Shown piece after piece: positions 38,037 through 48,054 of a stretch of DNA of 64,000 nucleotides. Position 1 is the first letter of the stretch. Each line of letters starts with the position of its first letter. Under the pieces are notes generated by a model that worked only from the letters and a program-made list of their open reading frames with translations, made no database searches and had not been told where the DNA came from. This DNA is from an uncultured Lachnospiraceae bacterium (GTDB lineage Bacteria > Bacillota > Clostridia > Lachnospirales > Lachnospiraceae), in the NCBI GenBank assembly GCA_944380605.1, contig CALWIA010000006.1:106683-170682 (forward strand), read 5' to 3'. The translations under genes were made by a program, and so were the position numbers.

Positions 38037-38410
38037 CTCTCGTCTCCTCCTTCGCTGTAGATCCGGCCAATGATCCCTTCCAGTTCTTCCCGGTCCATTC
38101 CCAGGGCCAGGGCCTCTCTGGCCGTTTCCTCCTGGTGCCGGCAGACTTCCTGGCGCCGGCTGTCCCGGATCCTGCCGCTGTCGGCTACAAAACTGCCTTT
38201 CCCCTTTACCGAGTAAATATACCCCTGCCGCTCCAGCTCCACATAGGCCCGCTGAATGGTGTTGGGATTGATGGAAAGCTCCATAGCCAGACTTCGGACG
38301 GAAGGCAGCTGACTGCCTTCTTCCAGCGCGCCGGTGGCCATCAGTTCCTCAAACCGCTCCACGATCTGTTCATAAATCGGCCGCCGGTCCCTGTAATCCA
38401 GAATGATCAT
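38033..38410 (-). CDS. GntR-family regulator, YtrA subfamily
   Basis: PIYEQI, LPSVRSLA, INPNTIQRAY and GKGSFV; short C-terminus. Confidence 0.9.
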   Translation of the reverse strand: MIILDYRDRRPIYEQIVERFEELMATGALEEGSQLPSVRSLAMELSINPNTIQRAYVELERQGYIYSVKGKGSFVADSGRIRDSRRQEVCRHQEETAREALALGMDREELEGIIGRIYSEGGDER

Positions 38411-38433
38411 TCTGCCCCTCCTTTCTCTGTATT

Positions 38434-38462
38434 CAACTGTATTAGTTCATTTAATACAGTTG
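38434..38462. promoter_or_regulatory. YtrA-type palindromic operator
   Basis: CAACTGTATTA-N7-TAATACAGTTG perfect inverted repeat (ACTGTA-N13-TACAGT) just upstream of the GntR gene. Confidence 0.75.
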
Positions 38463-38583
38463 TAGCACAAAAAATGCCGGCTGTCAACCGGCAAACGATT
38501 GCTTTTTTCACAGATTCATACTAAGATGATACTGGCGCCGGCTCTGCCGGCCTCCCGATTACATTCAAAATGGAGACTTTGCC

Positions 38584-39492
38584 ATGGGATACCTGTATCT
38601 GCTCTGCGTCGCGTTTATGTTCAGCTTTGGCGGAACCTGCGTCAAACTCATCAGCCCTTATTTCAGTTCCGGCTACATCACCTGCTTCCGGTTTTTGGTG
38701 GGCATCCTGTTTCTGCTGCTTTTGAAAGTCATCAAGCGGCAGGGCTTTCCCCGGGATTTCGGACGGCTCCTCTGTATGTGCGCCGGCTGGATTCTCTTCG
38801 GCGCCATCACCAAATGGCTGGCCTATCTGGCGGAAAACTACGGCCTTTCCCACGGACCTTCCTACGGAAATATCATCACCCAGCCGGCCCAGACCATTTT
38901 CATCACCCTGGCCAGCGTCCTGCTGTTTAAGGAAAAGCTGGGGCCGAAACGGGTCTTCTGCATCTTTTTGTGCATGGCCGGCGTGCTGTGCGTATCCTGG
39001 AACGGCCGTCCCATTTCTGTTTTCTTCCAGGAAAACCTGTTCCTGACCTTTTTGTTTATCCTCACCGGCATCCTGGCCGGATGCCATGTGCTGGCTCAGA
39101 AGATGATCGGAGACCGCATGGACATCATTGACAGCAACCTTTCCATCTTCGTGGTGTCCGCCATCTGTTCCTCTCTGTTTCAGCTGCCCGGCGTCATGGC
39201 CGGCGACCTGGCCGGCGTGCGGCCGGATCTGCCCTGCATTCTGGCTATCATCGGCTTCGGCATGATTACCGGCATCGGCTTTTACTTAAATGCCCGGGCC
39301 ATTCCCCTGGTGCCCTTCTACATGGTTCCGGTGATCCAGAGCATGATGTCCATTTTCGCCATTCTGTGGGCCGTGCTGTTCTTCCACGAATCTATCAGCC
39401 TCTATGTGGTCGGCGGCACCGGCGCCTTTCTCCTGGGACTGATCGGCCTGCAGCTGACCAAGGAACCGGCACCGGTTCCGGAAACCAAATAG
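38584..39492 (+). CDS. DMT/EamA family transporter
   Basis: About 10 TMs in two repeats; LASVLLFKEKL and AVLFFHESI. Confidence 0.85.
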   Translation: MGYLYLLCVAFMFSFGGTCVKLISPYFSSGYITCFRFLVGILFLLLLKVIKRQGFPRDFGRLLCMCAGWILFGAITKWLAYLAENYGLSHGPSYGNIITQPAQTIFITLASVLLFKEKLGPKRVFCIFLCMAGVLCVSWNGRPISVFFQENLFLTFLFILTGILAGCHVLAQKMIGDRMDIIDSNLSIFVVSAICSSLFQLPGVMAGDLAGVRPDLPCILAIIGFGMITGIGFYLNARAIPLVPFYMVPVIQSMMSIFAILWAVLFFHESISLYVVGGTGAFLLGLIGLQLTKEPAPVPETK

Positions 39493-39501
39493 TCCTGCTT
39501 T

Positions 39502-39536
39502 AAAAAAGGGACCGCGCAATGCGCGGTCCTCTTTTT
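39502..39536. terminator. Bidirectional terminator between the DMT and PFOR genes
   Basis: AAAAAAGGGACCGCGCA-A-TGCGCGGTCCTCTTTTT. Confidence 0.85.
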
Positions 39537-39558
39537 ATTTGGAATGAATTTCTGAAAA

Positions 39559-42500
39559 TCAGTTGTTTCCGTACAGGGTAACCAGCTTCTTCAGATATTC
39601 GTATCTCTCCTTGGCTTCCTGCTCGTTCTTTGCGAACAGCTTGGCAGCTCTCTCCGGATTCTTCATAGCCAGGGACGCGTAACGTACTTCGCCCTTCAGG
39701 AAGTCCTGATAGCCTTCCATCTTCGGCTCCTTGCTGTCCAGAGTGAACTTCTGCTCAGCAGCCGGGTTGTAGCGGAAGTTGTTCCAGTAACCGGTCTCCA
39801 CAGCCAGCTTCTCTTCGGTCTGAGCCTTCGCCATGCCCTTCTTGATACCATGGTTGATACAGGGAGCGTAAGCGATGATCAGGGACGGACCCGGATATGC
39901 CTCAGCCTCGGAAATTGCCTTCACCGTCTGGGCGTAGTCAGCGCCCATGGAGATCTGCGCTACATATACGTAACCGTAGCTCATGGCGATGCTGGCCAGA
40001 TCTTTCTTCTTGGTTTCCTTACCGCCTGCCGCGAACTGAGCCACAGCGCCGGTCTTGGTCGCCTTGGAGGACTGTCCGCCGGTGTTGGAGTAAACTTCGG
40101 TATCGAATACCATTACATTGATATCCTTGCCGCTGGCCAGTACGTGGTCCACGCCGCCGAAGCCGATATCATAGGCCCAGCCGTCGCCGCCGAAGATCCA
40201 CTGGGACTTCTTGGCCAGGAAATCTTTGTTCTTTACGATGTCCTTGCATACCGGGCAGTCGCAGCCTTCCAGAGCAGCCACCAGCTTGTCGGTAGCCGTA
40301 CCGTTGGTCGCGCCTACGCCGAAGGTATCCAGGTACTCCTTGCAGGCAGCCTTTACTTCGTCGCTGGCCTTGTCGCTGGCCATAACTTCTTCTACCTTCG
40401 CCTTCAGTCCGTTGCGGATAGCGGTCTGAGCCAGCAGCATGCCGTAACCGAACTCAGCGTTGTCCTCGAACAGGGAGTTGTCCCAGGCAGGACCCTGGCC
40501 CTTGGCATTTACGGTGTAAGGAGTGGACGGTGAGGAGTTGCCCCAAATGGAGGAACATCCCGTCGCATTGGCAATGTACATCCGATCGCCGAACAGCTGA
40601 GTGATCAGCTTCGCATAAGGAGTCTCGCCGCAGCCTGCGCATGCGCCGGAGAACTCAAGCAGAGGCTTCTTGAACTGGCTGCCCTTAACGGTGTTCTCTT
40701 TGAACTTGGCAACCACTTCGGTCTTCTCCGGCAGGGACTGGCCGTGCTCGAAGATGGCCTGCTCGTCCAGGTGCTTCTCCAGAGTGTCCATGGTAAGAGC
40801 CTTCTCGCCCTTCTTGCCGGGACATACGTTCGCGCAGGAGCCGCATCCGGTACAGTCAAGCGCGGAGATGGTAACCGCGAACTTGTATCCGGGCATTCCG
40901 GTCATATCCAGCAGCTTCATGCCTTCCGGAGCCTTGGCAGCTTCTTCCGCCGTCATGGCAACGGGACGGATTACCGCGTGCGGGCAGACATAGGAGCAGA
41001 AGTTACACTGGATGCAGTTGTCAGGATTCCATACCGGCACATTTACCGCAATGCCGCGCTTCTCGTATGCGGAGGAGCCGGAGGGCGTGGTGCCGTCTAC
41101 ATATTCCGTAAACGCGGATACCGGAAGCGTATTGCCTTCCTGCGCGCTTACCTTGGTCTGTACATTGTTGACAAAGTCCACAACATCTTTTCTTCCGCTG
41201 GTGATCACTTCGTAGTCCAGACCTTCGTCCTCGCAGTTCTTCCAGCTTTCGGGAACGTCTACCTTCACTACGCCCTGAGCGCCGGCGTCGATAGCGGCCC
41301 AGTTCTTCTTAACCACGTCTTCGCCCTTGCGGCCGTAGGTCTTCTGAGCGGCGTCCTTCATCAGCTCGATGGCTCTCTCTTCCGGAATGATGCCGGTCAG
41401 CTTAAAGAACGCGGACTGCAGAATGGTGTTGATACGGGTCGGGCCCATGCCGGTCTCGATACCGATCTTTACGCCGTCGATGGTGTAGAAGTTGATGTTG
41501 TGATCCGCGATGAATTTCTTCATCTGGCCAGGCAGATGCTTGTCCAGCTCTTCCGCGGTCCACGGGCAGTTCAGCAGGAACGTACCGTCGTCAACCAGCT
41601 CCTGAACCATGTTGTACTTGCGCACATATGCCGGATTGTGGCAGGCCACGAAGTCCGCCTTGTGGATCAGGTAGGTGGATTTGATCTTCTTGTGTCCGAA
41701 ACGCAGGTGAGACATGGTCACGCCGCCGGACTTCTTGGAATCGTAGTCAAAATACGCCTGCGCGTACATATCGGTGTTGTCGCCGATGATCTTGATGGAG
41801 TTCTTGTTGGCGCCTACGGTACCGTCCGCGCCCAGGCCCCAGAACTTGCAGTTGGTGGTTCCCTCGGGAGTGGTCACCAGCGCTTCGCCCAGATCCAGAG
41901 ACATATGGGTCACATCGTCTACGATACCCACGGTGAATCTCTTCTTCTCGGTGTTGTTGTAAACAGCTACGATCTGTGCCGGAGTGGTATCCTTGGAACC
42001 CAGACCATAACGGCCGCTGTAGATCTCTACGCCGTCAAACTTGGTTCCCTTCAGGGCAGCCACTACATCCAGGTACAGCGGCTCACCCAGGGAGCCGGGC
42101 TCTTTCGTTCTGTCCAGAACGGTGATCTTCTTAACCGTATCCGGAATCGCAGCCAGCAGGGCTTCCGCGCAGAACGGACGGTACAGGCGAACCTTTACCA
42201 CGCCGACTTTGGCGCCGCTGGTCTTTACCATGTAATCAATAGTCTCTTCAATGGTATCATTGACGGAACCCATAGCAACAATGATCTGCTCGGCATCTGC
42301 CGCGCCGTAGTAGTTGAACAGCTTATAGTCCGTACCGATCTTGGCGTTGACCTTGTCCATGTACTCCTGTACGATGGCCGGCAGCGCGTTGTAGTAGGGG
42401 TTGCAGGCCTCTCTCGCCTGGAAGAAGATATCCGGGTTCTGAGCGGAACCTCTCTGACACGGATGGTTGGGGTTCAGCGCGTGCTTGCGGAACGCGTCGA

Positions 42501-43098
42501 TGGCATCCCAGTCTACCATCTCAGCCAGATCGTCGTAATCCCAGGTCTCGATCTTCTGGATCTCGTGGGAAGTACGGAATCCGTCAAAGAAGTTGATAAA
42601 CGGAACCTTGCCCTTAATGGCGGACATATGCGCTACGGGAGTCAGGTCCATAACTTCCTGTACGCTGGACTCACACAGCATCGCGCAGCCGGTCTGACGG
42701 CAGGCGTATACGTCGGAGTGATCGCCGAAAATGGAAAGGGCATGGCTGGCAATGGCACGGGCGGATACGTTGATAACGCCCGGCAGCTGCTCGCCTGCGA
42801 TTTTATACAGATTGGGGATCATCAGCAGCAATCCCTGAGAAGCCGTGTATGTAGTGGTCAGCGCACCCGCTGCCAGAGAACCGTGCACGGCGCCTGCGGC
42901 ACCTGCCTCAGACTGCATCTCCGTTACCTGAACAGTCTGGCCAAAAATGTTCTTTCTTCCTTCCGTAGCCCACTCGTCGGTGTGCTCGGCCATGACGGAA
43001 GAAGGAGTAATCGGGTAAATCGCTGCCACATCGGTAAACGCGTACGATGCATGGGAAGCGGCCTGATTACCATCCATGGTCTTCATTTTTCTTGCCAT
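39559..43098 (-). CDS. nifJ: Pyruvate:ferredoxin (flavodoxin) oxidoreductase
   Basis: AIYPITPSS, MQSEAGAAG, GLGADGTVGANK, two 4Fe-4S motifs and GGDGWAYDIG. Confidence 0.97.
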   Translation of the reverse strand: MARKMKTMDGNQAASHASYAFTDVAAIYPITPSSVMAEHTDEWATEGRKNIFGQTVQVTEMQSEAGAAGAVHGSLAAGALTTTYTASQGLLLMIPNLYKIAGEQLPGVINVSARAIASHALSIFGDHSDVYACRQTGCAMLCESSVQEVMDLTPVAHMSAIKGKVPFINFFDGFRTSHEIQKIETWDYDDLAEMVDWDAIDAFRKHALNPNHPCQRGSAQNPDIFFQAREACNPYYNALPAIVQEYMDKVNAKIGTDYKLFNYYGAADAEQIIVAMGSVNDTIEETIDYMVKTSGAKVGVVKVRLYRPFCAEALLAAIPDTVKKITVLDRTKEPGSLGEPLYLDVVAALKGTKFDGVEIYSGRYGLGSKDTTPAQIVAVYNNTEKKRFTVGIVDDVTHMSLDLGEALVTTPEGTTNCKFWGLGADGTVGANKNSIKIIGDNTDMYAQAYFDYDSKKSGGVTMSHLRFGHKKIKSTYLIHKADFVACHNPAYVRKYNMVQELVDDGTFLLNCPWTAEELDKHLPGQMKKFIADHNINFYTIDGVKIGIETGMGPTRINTILQSAFFKLTGIIPEERAIELMKDAAQKTYGRKGEDVVKKNWAAIDAGAQGVVKVDVPESWKNCEDEGLDYEVITSGRKDVVDFVNNVQTKVSAQEGNTLPVSAFTEYVDGTTPSGSSAYEKRGIAVNVPVWNPDNCIQCNFCSYVCPHAVIRPVAMTAEEAAKAPEGMKLLDMTGMPGYKFAVTISALDCTGCGSCANVCPGKKGEKALTMDTLEKHLDEQAIFEHGQSLPEKTEVVAKFKENTVKGSQFKKPLLEFSGACAGCGETPYAKLITQLFGDRMYIANATGCSSIWGNSSPSTPYTVNAKGQGPAWDNSLFEDNAEFGYGMLLAQTAIRNGLKAKVEEVMASDKASDEVKAACKEYLDTFGVGATNGTATDKLVAALEGCDCPVCKDIVKNKDFLAKKSQWIFGGDGWAYDIGFGGVDHVLASGKDINVMVFDTEVYSNTGGQSSKATKTGAVAQFAAGGKETKKKDLASIAMSYGYVYVAQISMGADYAQTVKAISEAEAYPGPSLIIAYAPCINHGIKKGMAKAQTEEKLAVETGYWNNFRYNPAAEQKFTLDSKEPKMEGYQDFLKGEVRYASLAMKNPERAAKLFAKNEQEAKERYEYLKKLVTLYGNN

Positions 43099-43249
43099 TT
43101 GATTTTCCTCCTACAAATGTGAATATTGCATAGTGAAGCGCATGTAAAAAACACGCACTGACCTGACCTTATTATAGCAACAAATTTCTGGTTTGAAAAG
43201 GACAAAAACCTCAATTTTACGTACTAATTTAGAAACAATTCCGCCCCGC

Positions 43250-45142
43250 CTACTCCGGCTTGGGAGCCACCAGCTGTCCCTGGTCTCCCGCCGCGGATGA
43301 CGGTCCGCCGGAAGGAGCCGCGGCCGTCGACGCCGGCGTCTCGGAAGGCTGCGCCGCTCCCGGCCCTGCCGGCTGCGTAGTCTCGCCTGGCCCTATGGGC
43401 GCGGACGTGGTCTGCGCCGGCGTTTCCACGCCCAGTCCGCCGGAACTGCCCGGCCCTGTCACCGCGCCGGAGGTTGGCGTCGCCGCCGTGGTTTCCGTTC
43501 CTTCCGAAGCCTCCAGGGACGAAGCGTCCGAGGATGCCGACGAAGCGGAGGGATCCACCGATGAAGAAGTGCCGCCGCCGATAACAATGCCCGACGTATT
43601 TCTGCGGATCACCGGCGCGTGGCCCTTGTACGTAGTGCTGTGGTCCACTTCCTGGCTGACAATTTCCCCGTCCTTTTTGATGATCAGACGGGTCTGCCAG
43701 CGGCTTCCCCGGGTTCCCGACGAAGACATCACCTCCACGCCGGGCTGCAGCGTCTGATCTTCTTCATAGGTAGGCGCCGGCAGGTCCAGATCTTCCAGTT
43801 TCTCCGACTTCAGGTCGTAGGTAACGCCCTCTTCCAGAATCGGGATGCCGTACACCGACACCGTCACCTTCTGGTTGGCATAGTGGGCCCGGATGCCGAT
43901 GGCCGTGCTGGAGTTGTTGAGGAATTTGAAATCCGGCCCACCCCAGCTGACGGTGGCGTCCTGTCCCGGTGTAATATAGGAAGGTTCAAAGGTATGGGAC
44001 CGGCGGACGGTGATCTTCAGTCCAGCCCGAACCACCGCGTTGTACAGCGTCGTGGAGGTCTGGCAGACGCCGCCTCCGATCTCCTGCACCACTTCTCCGT
44101 TGTTGTAGGCGGCGGCGCCCTGGTAGCCCTTCGCTTCCGTCCGTTCGCCTACGGTATCGTTAAAGGAAAGTTCCTGCCCCGGCTGTACGATGGCGCCGTT
44201 TAACGCCTCGCAGGACAGCCGGATATTGGTATTGCGCTTGCTGTTGGCCGTGGTGGTGGTGGTAAAGGTGCTGATGGTCCGATACTGTTCCTTAGCCTGG
44301 GCCGCCGTAATCTCCGGCTCCGTCTGCAGCAGCTCCGCGGAAATCTCCGCGTCAAAATCCCGGTTTTCCAGCGCCGCCAGCATATCTTCCTTCAGTTTGT
44401 CTCCGTTGACCTCCCTGCCGGGCGTACCTTCCGAGAAGGTAAAGGTATCGCTGGACGCGTCATAGCCGGAAATGGAGCCGTTTTTCGCCGCCGTATTCCA
44501 GCGGTCCTGCAGAACCTGCACCTGGATGTCCACTTCTTCTTCCATGCCGGAAGTGTCCAGGCTGTAAATTTCCTGGGAATCGCCGGAAGCGCCTTCCGCG
44601 TCTGTTCCGGCGGTTTCCGCCTCCGTCTCCTGATAGATCTGGTCAAGCAGTCCTTCGATGCGGCCGCTCATCAGATCCGGCACCTCGTAGGTCTCTCCAT
44701 CGCAGACCACCGTCATGCCCCAGGCATAGGTTTCCTGCAGCTTCTGAAGCGCCTCCGTCCGGGAAAGGCCGATCAGAGATACGTCTTCTACCATCACATT
44801 GCGCTCCATCTGCGCTTCTGCCGACGGCTCAGTCCCGCTTTCCGCGGAGGCGTCCACCGCCTGCCGCTTTTCCTGGCTCAGGCCGAACACCGCCGCCGCG
44901 ATAATCAGAATCAGGATCACGCCTATGGCCGCGATCAGCCGGTAATCCGGCTCCGGTTTTCTTCTCCTTCTGTTTCTGCCGCTGCGGCTCCGATAGGACG
45001 AGCGGTAAGACGAGGAACGCCCCGCGTTCTGCCGTCCCGCGCCGGTCTGCCTTCCTGCCGCCCCCGCCCGGGACCGGCCTGCGGAAGACGTGCTTCTGCC
45101 GGAAGAGACATTTCTTCCGGACGAACGGTTTGCTGTACTCAT
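43250..45142 (-). CDS. VanW-family membrane-anchored protein (peptidoglycan-binding, VanW and G5 domains; S/T/P/G-rich tail)
   Basis: RNTNIRL, LSFNDTVGER, GGGVCQTSTTLYNA, GQDATV; Arg-rich N-terminus then one TM. Confidence 0.85.
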   Translation of the reverse strand: MSTANRSSGRNVSSGRSTSSAGRSRAGAAGRQTGAGRQNAGRSSSYRSSYRSRSGRNRRRRKPEPDYRLIAAIGVILILIIAAAVFGLSQEKRQAVDASAESGTEPSAEAQMERNVMVEDVSLIGLSRTEALQKLQETYAWGMTVVCDGETYEVPDLMSGRIEGLLDQIYQETEAETAGTDAEGASGDSQEIYSLDTSGMEEEVDIQVQVLQDRWNTAAKNGSISGYDASSDTFTFSEGTPGREVNGDKLKEDMLAALENRDFDAEISAELLQTEPEITAAQAKEQYRTISTFTTTTTANSKRNTNIRLSCEALNGAIVQPGQELSFNDTVGERTEAKGYQGAAAYNNGEVVQEIGGGVCQTSTTLYNAVVRAGLKITVRRSHTFEPSYITPGQDATVSWGGPDFKFLNNSSTAIGIRAHYANQKVTVSVYGIPILEEGVTYDLKSEKLEDLDLPAPTYEEDQTLQPGVEVMSSSGTRGSRWQTRLIIKKDGEIVSQEVDHSTTYKGHAPVIRRNTSGIVIGGGTSSSVDPSASSASSDASSLEASEGTETTAATPTSGAVTGPGSSGGLGVETPAQTTSAPIGPGETTQPAGPGAAQPSETPASTAAAPSGGPSSAAGDQGQLVAPKPE

Positions 45143-45323
45143 ATTTTCACCTAATTTTACATGATATTGTAGTTTTCAACCTGTAGTATACCATATTTAT
45201 GTAAAAAAGAAATATGTTTTTTCCTGTTTTACTTATTGTTTTACTTATTTTCCAGCACGTGTTACTATAGTGTTGCGAAAGTATTTCAAGTGTTGCGAAA
45301 ATGATGAGAAATGGAGACAAATT

Positions 45324-46178
45324 ATGAATTATGTAGATCTGCACGTACATTCCGACGCGTCCGATGGCACGCTGCCGCCGGAAGAAGTTGTATCCGCCGC
45401 CGCTGCCGCCGGCTTAAAAGCCATTGCCCTGACGGACCACGACACGGTGGCCGGCATCGTCCGGGCGCGGGCCGCGGCAGAACGCCTTCCTCTGGAACTG
45501 GTGCCCGGCATCGAGCTTTCCTGCGTCTGGCAGGGAACGGAAATTCACATCCTGGGACTGTTTATCGACGAGACCTGTCCGGCCCTGCAGCAGGCCCTGG
45601 ACCGTCTGGTGCAGATCCGCACACGGAGAAACCTCCAGATGCTGGCCCGTTTTCAGGAAGACGGCTTTGCCATCACGCTGGAGGATTTAAGAAGCGGCAA
45701 CCCGGATACGGTCATTACCCGGGCCCACTTTGCGAGAATCCTGACAGAAAAAGGCTACGCCCCTTCTATGGACGCCGCCTTCCGCGAATACCTGCAATAT
45801 GGCGGGCGCTACTGCGCCCGGAAAGAAATGGTCACCCCCGAAGAGGCCATGGAACTGCTGCGCACGGCAGACGCCTGGCCCTGCCTGGCCCATCCGGTGC
45901 AGTACCACCTGGATGGCACCCAGCTGGAAGCGCTGATCCGGCACCTGAAGCAGCGGGGCCTTCGCGGACTGGAAGTCTACCACCCTTCCCAGACGCCCGG
46001 CCAGAGCTGCCAGCTGCGGGAAATGGCCCGAAGCCACGGCCTGCTGCCCTCCGGCGGTTCCGATTTTCACGGTTCCAACAAGCCGGATATCCGGCTGGGC
46101 GTAGGACGGGGCGGGCTGCGGGTGTCTCAGGCGCTGCTGGAAGATATCCGCAAAGACCACGCCGCAAAAAGCCGCTGA
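45324..46178 (+). CDS. PHP-domain metal-dependent phosphoesterase (TrpH/YciV-like)
   Basis: DLHVHSDASDG, ALTDHDT, GIELS, LAHP and GGSDFHG. Confidence 0.9.
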   Translation: MNYVDLHVHSDASDGTLPPEEVVSAAAAAGLKAIALTDHDTVAGIVRARAAAERLPLELVPGIELSCVWQGTEIHILGLFIDETCPALQQALDRLVQIRTRRNLQMLARFQEDGFAITLEDLRSGNPDTVITRAHFARILTEKGYAPSMDAAFREYLQYGGRYCARKEMVTPEEAMELLRTADAWPCLAHPVQYHLDGTQLEALIRHLKQRGLRGLEVYHPSQTPGQSCQLREMARSHGLLPSGGSDFHGSNKPDIRLGVGRGGLRVSQALLEDIRKDHAAKSR

Positions 46179-46232
46179 ATTTCCAAAAATCCGGCCCAGG
46201 CAGAACGCCCGGGCCGGTAAATCCGCCGCCGG

Positions 46233-47087
46233 TCAGCCTTTTACTGCCCCTGCGGTAATTCCCGCGATAAACTGTTTGTTGGCAAACAGATACACGATCA
46301 GGATGGGAATGAGGGCTATGGAAGCGCCGGCCGCCATGATGTGCCACTCCGCCGCCGCGTTGGAAGAGTACCGCAGGTTGGCCACCGCCACGCTCAGCGT
46401 CTTCAGTCCGGGATTGGACATGGTAAATACCTGGGCGGTAATAAATTCATTCCAGGCGGTCCGGAAGGAGAACAGGGCTACGATGCCCAGAATCGGCCGG
46501 ATCATGGGCACGATAATCTGCCAGTAGATGCGGAACACCCCGGCTCCGTCGATGGTCGCCGCGTCGTCCAGTTCCTTGGGCACGCTTCTGGCAAAGCCGG
46601 AAATCAGGAAGATGTTGGACACCTGGCCGCCGGTCAGAATCAGCGCCAGGCCCATCAGGTTGGACGTCAGCCCCAGGCCGTTTAACAGCTTGTACAGCGG
46701 GTACAGCGCTACGGAGCCCACGGAGATGAACATGGAAGCCAGGTACATGCCGGTCAGCAGCTTTTTCCCTACAAACTGCCGTCTTCCGATGACATAGCCT
46801 GCCATGGAAGAAGTCAGCACCGACAGCACCACCGTAAGCAGGGCCAGCGCCACGCTGTTGAAGGTGTAAAGCCCGAAGTCCAGCTGCTGGAACGCGTAGA
46901 TATAGTTTTCATAGTGCCACTGCTCCGGAAACAGCGCGTTGCCCAGGGTCAGTTCCGCATTGGTTTTGAAGGAACCGATGACGGCGTAGAAGACAGGGTA
47001 AAGGGTAAAGACGCACATCGCCACAAGAAACGTCCATTTTATAACGGCTTTTACCGTCCACCAGACGGTGATTTTCTTCTTTTTCAT
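46233..47087 (-). CDS. Carbohydrate ABC permease (MalG-like)
   Basis: LDDAATIDGAG EAA loop; AWNEF; MAAGASIALIP. Confidence 0.9.
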   Translation of the reverse strand: MKKKKITVWWTVKAVIKWTFLVAMCVFTLYPVFYAVIGSFKTNAELTLGNALFPEQWHYENYIYAFQQLDFGLYTFNSVALALLTVVLSVLTSSMAGYVIGRRQFVGKKLLTGMYLASMFISVGSVALYPLYKLLNGLGLTSNLMGLALILTGGQVSNIFLISGFARSVPKELDDAATIDGAGVFRIYWQIIVPMIRPILGIVALFSFRTAWNEFITAQVFTMSNPGLKTLSVAVANLRYSSNAAAEWHIMAAGASIALIPILIVYLFANKQFIAGITAGAVKG

Positions 47088-47096
47088 ACGCGCCTC

Positions 47097-48017
47097 CTAT
47101 TCCATGATCTTGTCCAGCCGTCTGGCCAGGAACAGATACAAAAGCGTCACGCCGCCTACGATCAGAGCGGCCACGATGCTGACCGCGGCGCCGTATCCGA
47201 ACTCCTGCAGCACCGTGGAACCGGACGTCACCGGGAAGAACAGCTGGTAGATGTACAGGAACATGACGTTGGTGGCATTCATGGGACCGCCTTCCGTCAG
47301 CACCAGGATGCTCTGCATATCCATGAAGGAGATCACCAGCGCCAGCATCAGGATCATCTTGATAATCGGCGCCAGCATGGGAATGGTGATATAAAACAGC
47401 AGCTGCGTTTCGTTTCCTCCGTCAATTCTGGCGCTTTCGTATATGTCCTCGGAAATCCCTGTCAGGCCGGTGATAAAGTAGACCATGTAGTTTCCGATGC
47501 CGCCCCAGGCCGCAATGATCACCACCGTCAGCATGGCGTATTTTACGCCCAGCCAGTTGATATTCTGGTTGATCAGCCCCAGGGACATGAGAATCTTGTT
47601 GACGCTGCCATTATAGGTATTGAAAATGAGGTAGAAAATCAGTGCCATAACCGCGCTGCTCATAATGGTAGGCGTAAAGATAATGGACTGAACCACGGCG
47701 TTTCTGCGGAAGCTCTTGTTGACCATAACCGCTATGAGAAAGGCAATGGGCAGCGTAATAATCAGCTTTCCGCCTACATAGACAAAGGTGTTGACCACCG
47801 AATCCCAGAACACCGGGTCTCTGGTAAATACCCGGACAAAATTGTCCAGTCCTACAAACCTGGCTTCGCCGTATCCTTTATAGTCGTAAAGCATGTAGCG
47901 AAGCGCCCACAAAATCGGGTATACCGTAAAGACCAAGAACATGATGACATTGGGAAGCAGCATTAGATACGATACTTTTTCCCGCCGGATCTGGTCTAAG
48001 ATTTTCTTTTTTTTCAT
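47097..48017 (-). CDS. Carbohydrate ABC permease (MalF-like)
   Basis: FVGLDNF, IYESARIDGG and ITIPML. Confidence 0.9.
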   Translation of the reverse strand: MKKKKILDQIRREKVSYLMLLPNVIMFLVFTVYPILWALRYMLYDYKGYGEARFVGLDNFVRVFTRDPVFWDSVVNTFVYVGGKLIITLPIAFLIAVMVNKSFRRNAVVQSIIFTPTIMSSAVMALIFYLIFNTYNGSVNKILMSLGLINQNINWLGVKYAMLTVVIIAAWGGIGNYMVYFITGLTGISEDIYESARIDGGNETQLLFYITIPMLAPIIKMILMLALVISFMDMQSILVLTEGGPMNATNVMFLYIYQLFFPVTSGSTVLQEFGYGAAVSIVAALIVGGVTLLYLFLARRLDKIME

Positions 48018-48054
48018 TCCTTCCCCTCTCCTTATATAGTTTTTTCTTTTATCC

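Noticed and set aside
43115-43140. Rex-like site upstream of PFOR (ATGTGAATATTGCATAG)
   Set aside because: Only one half-site matches and the spacing does not fit TTGTGAA-N4-TTCACAA
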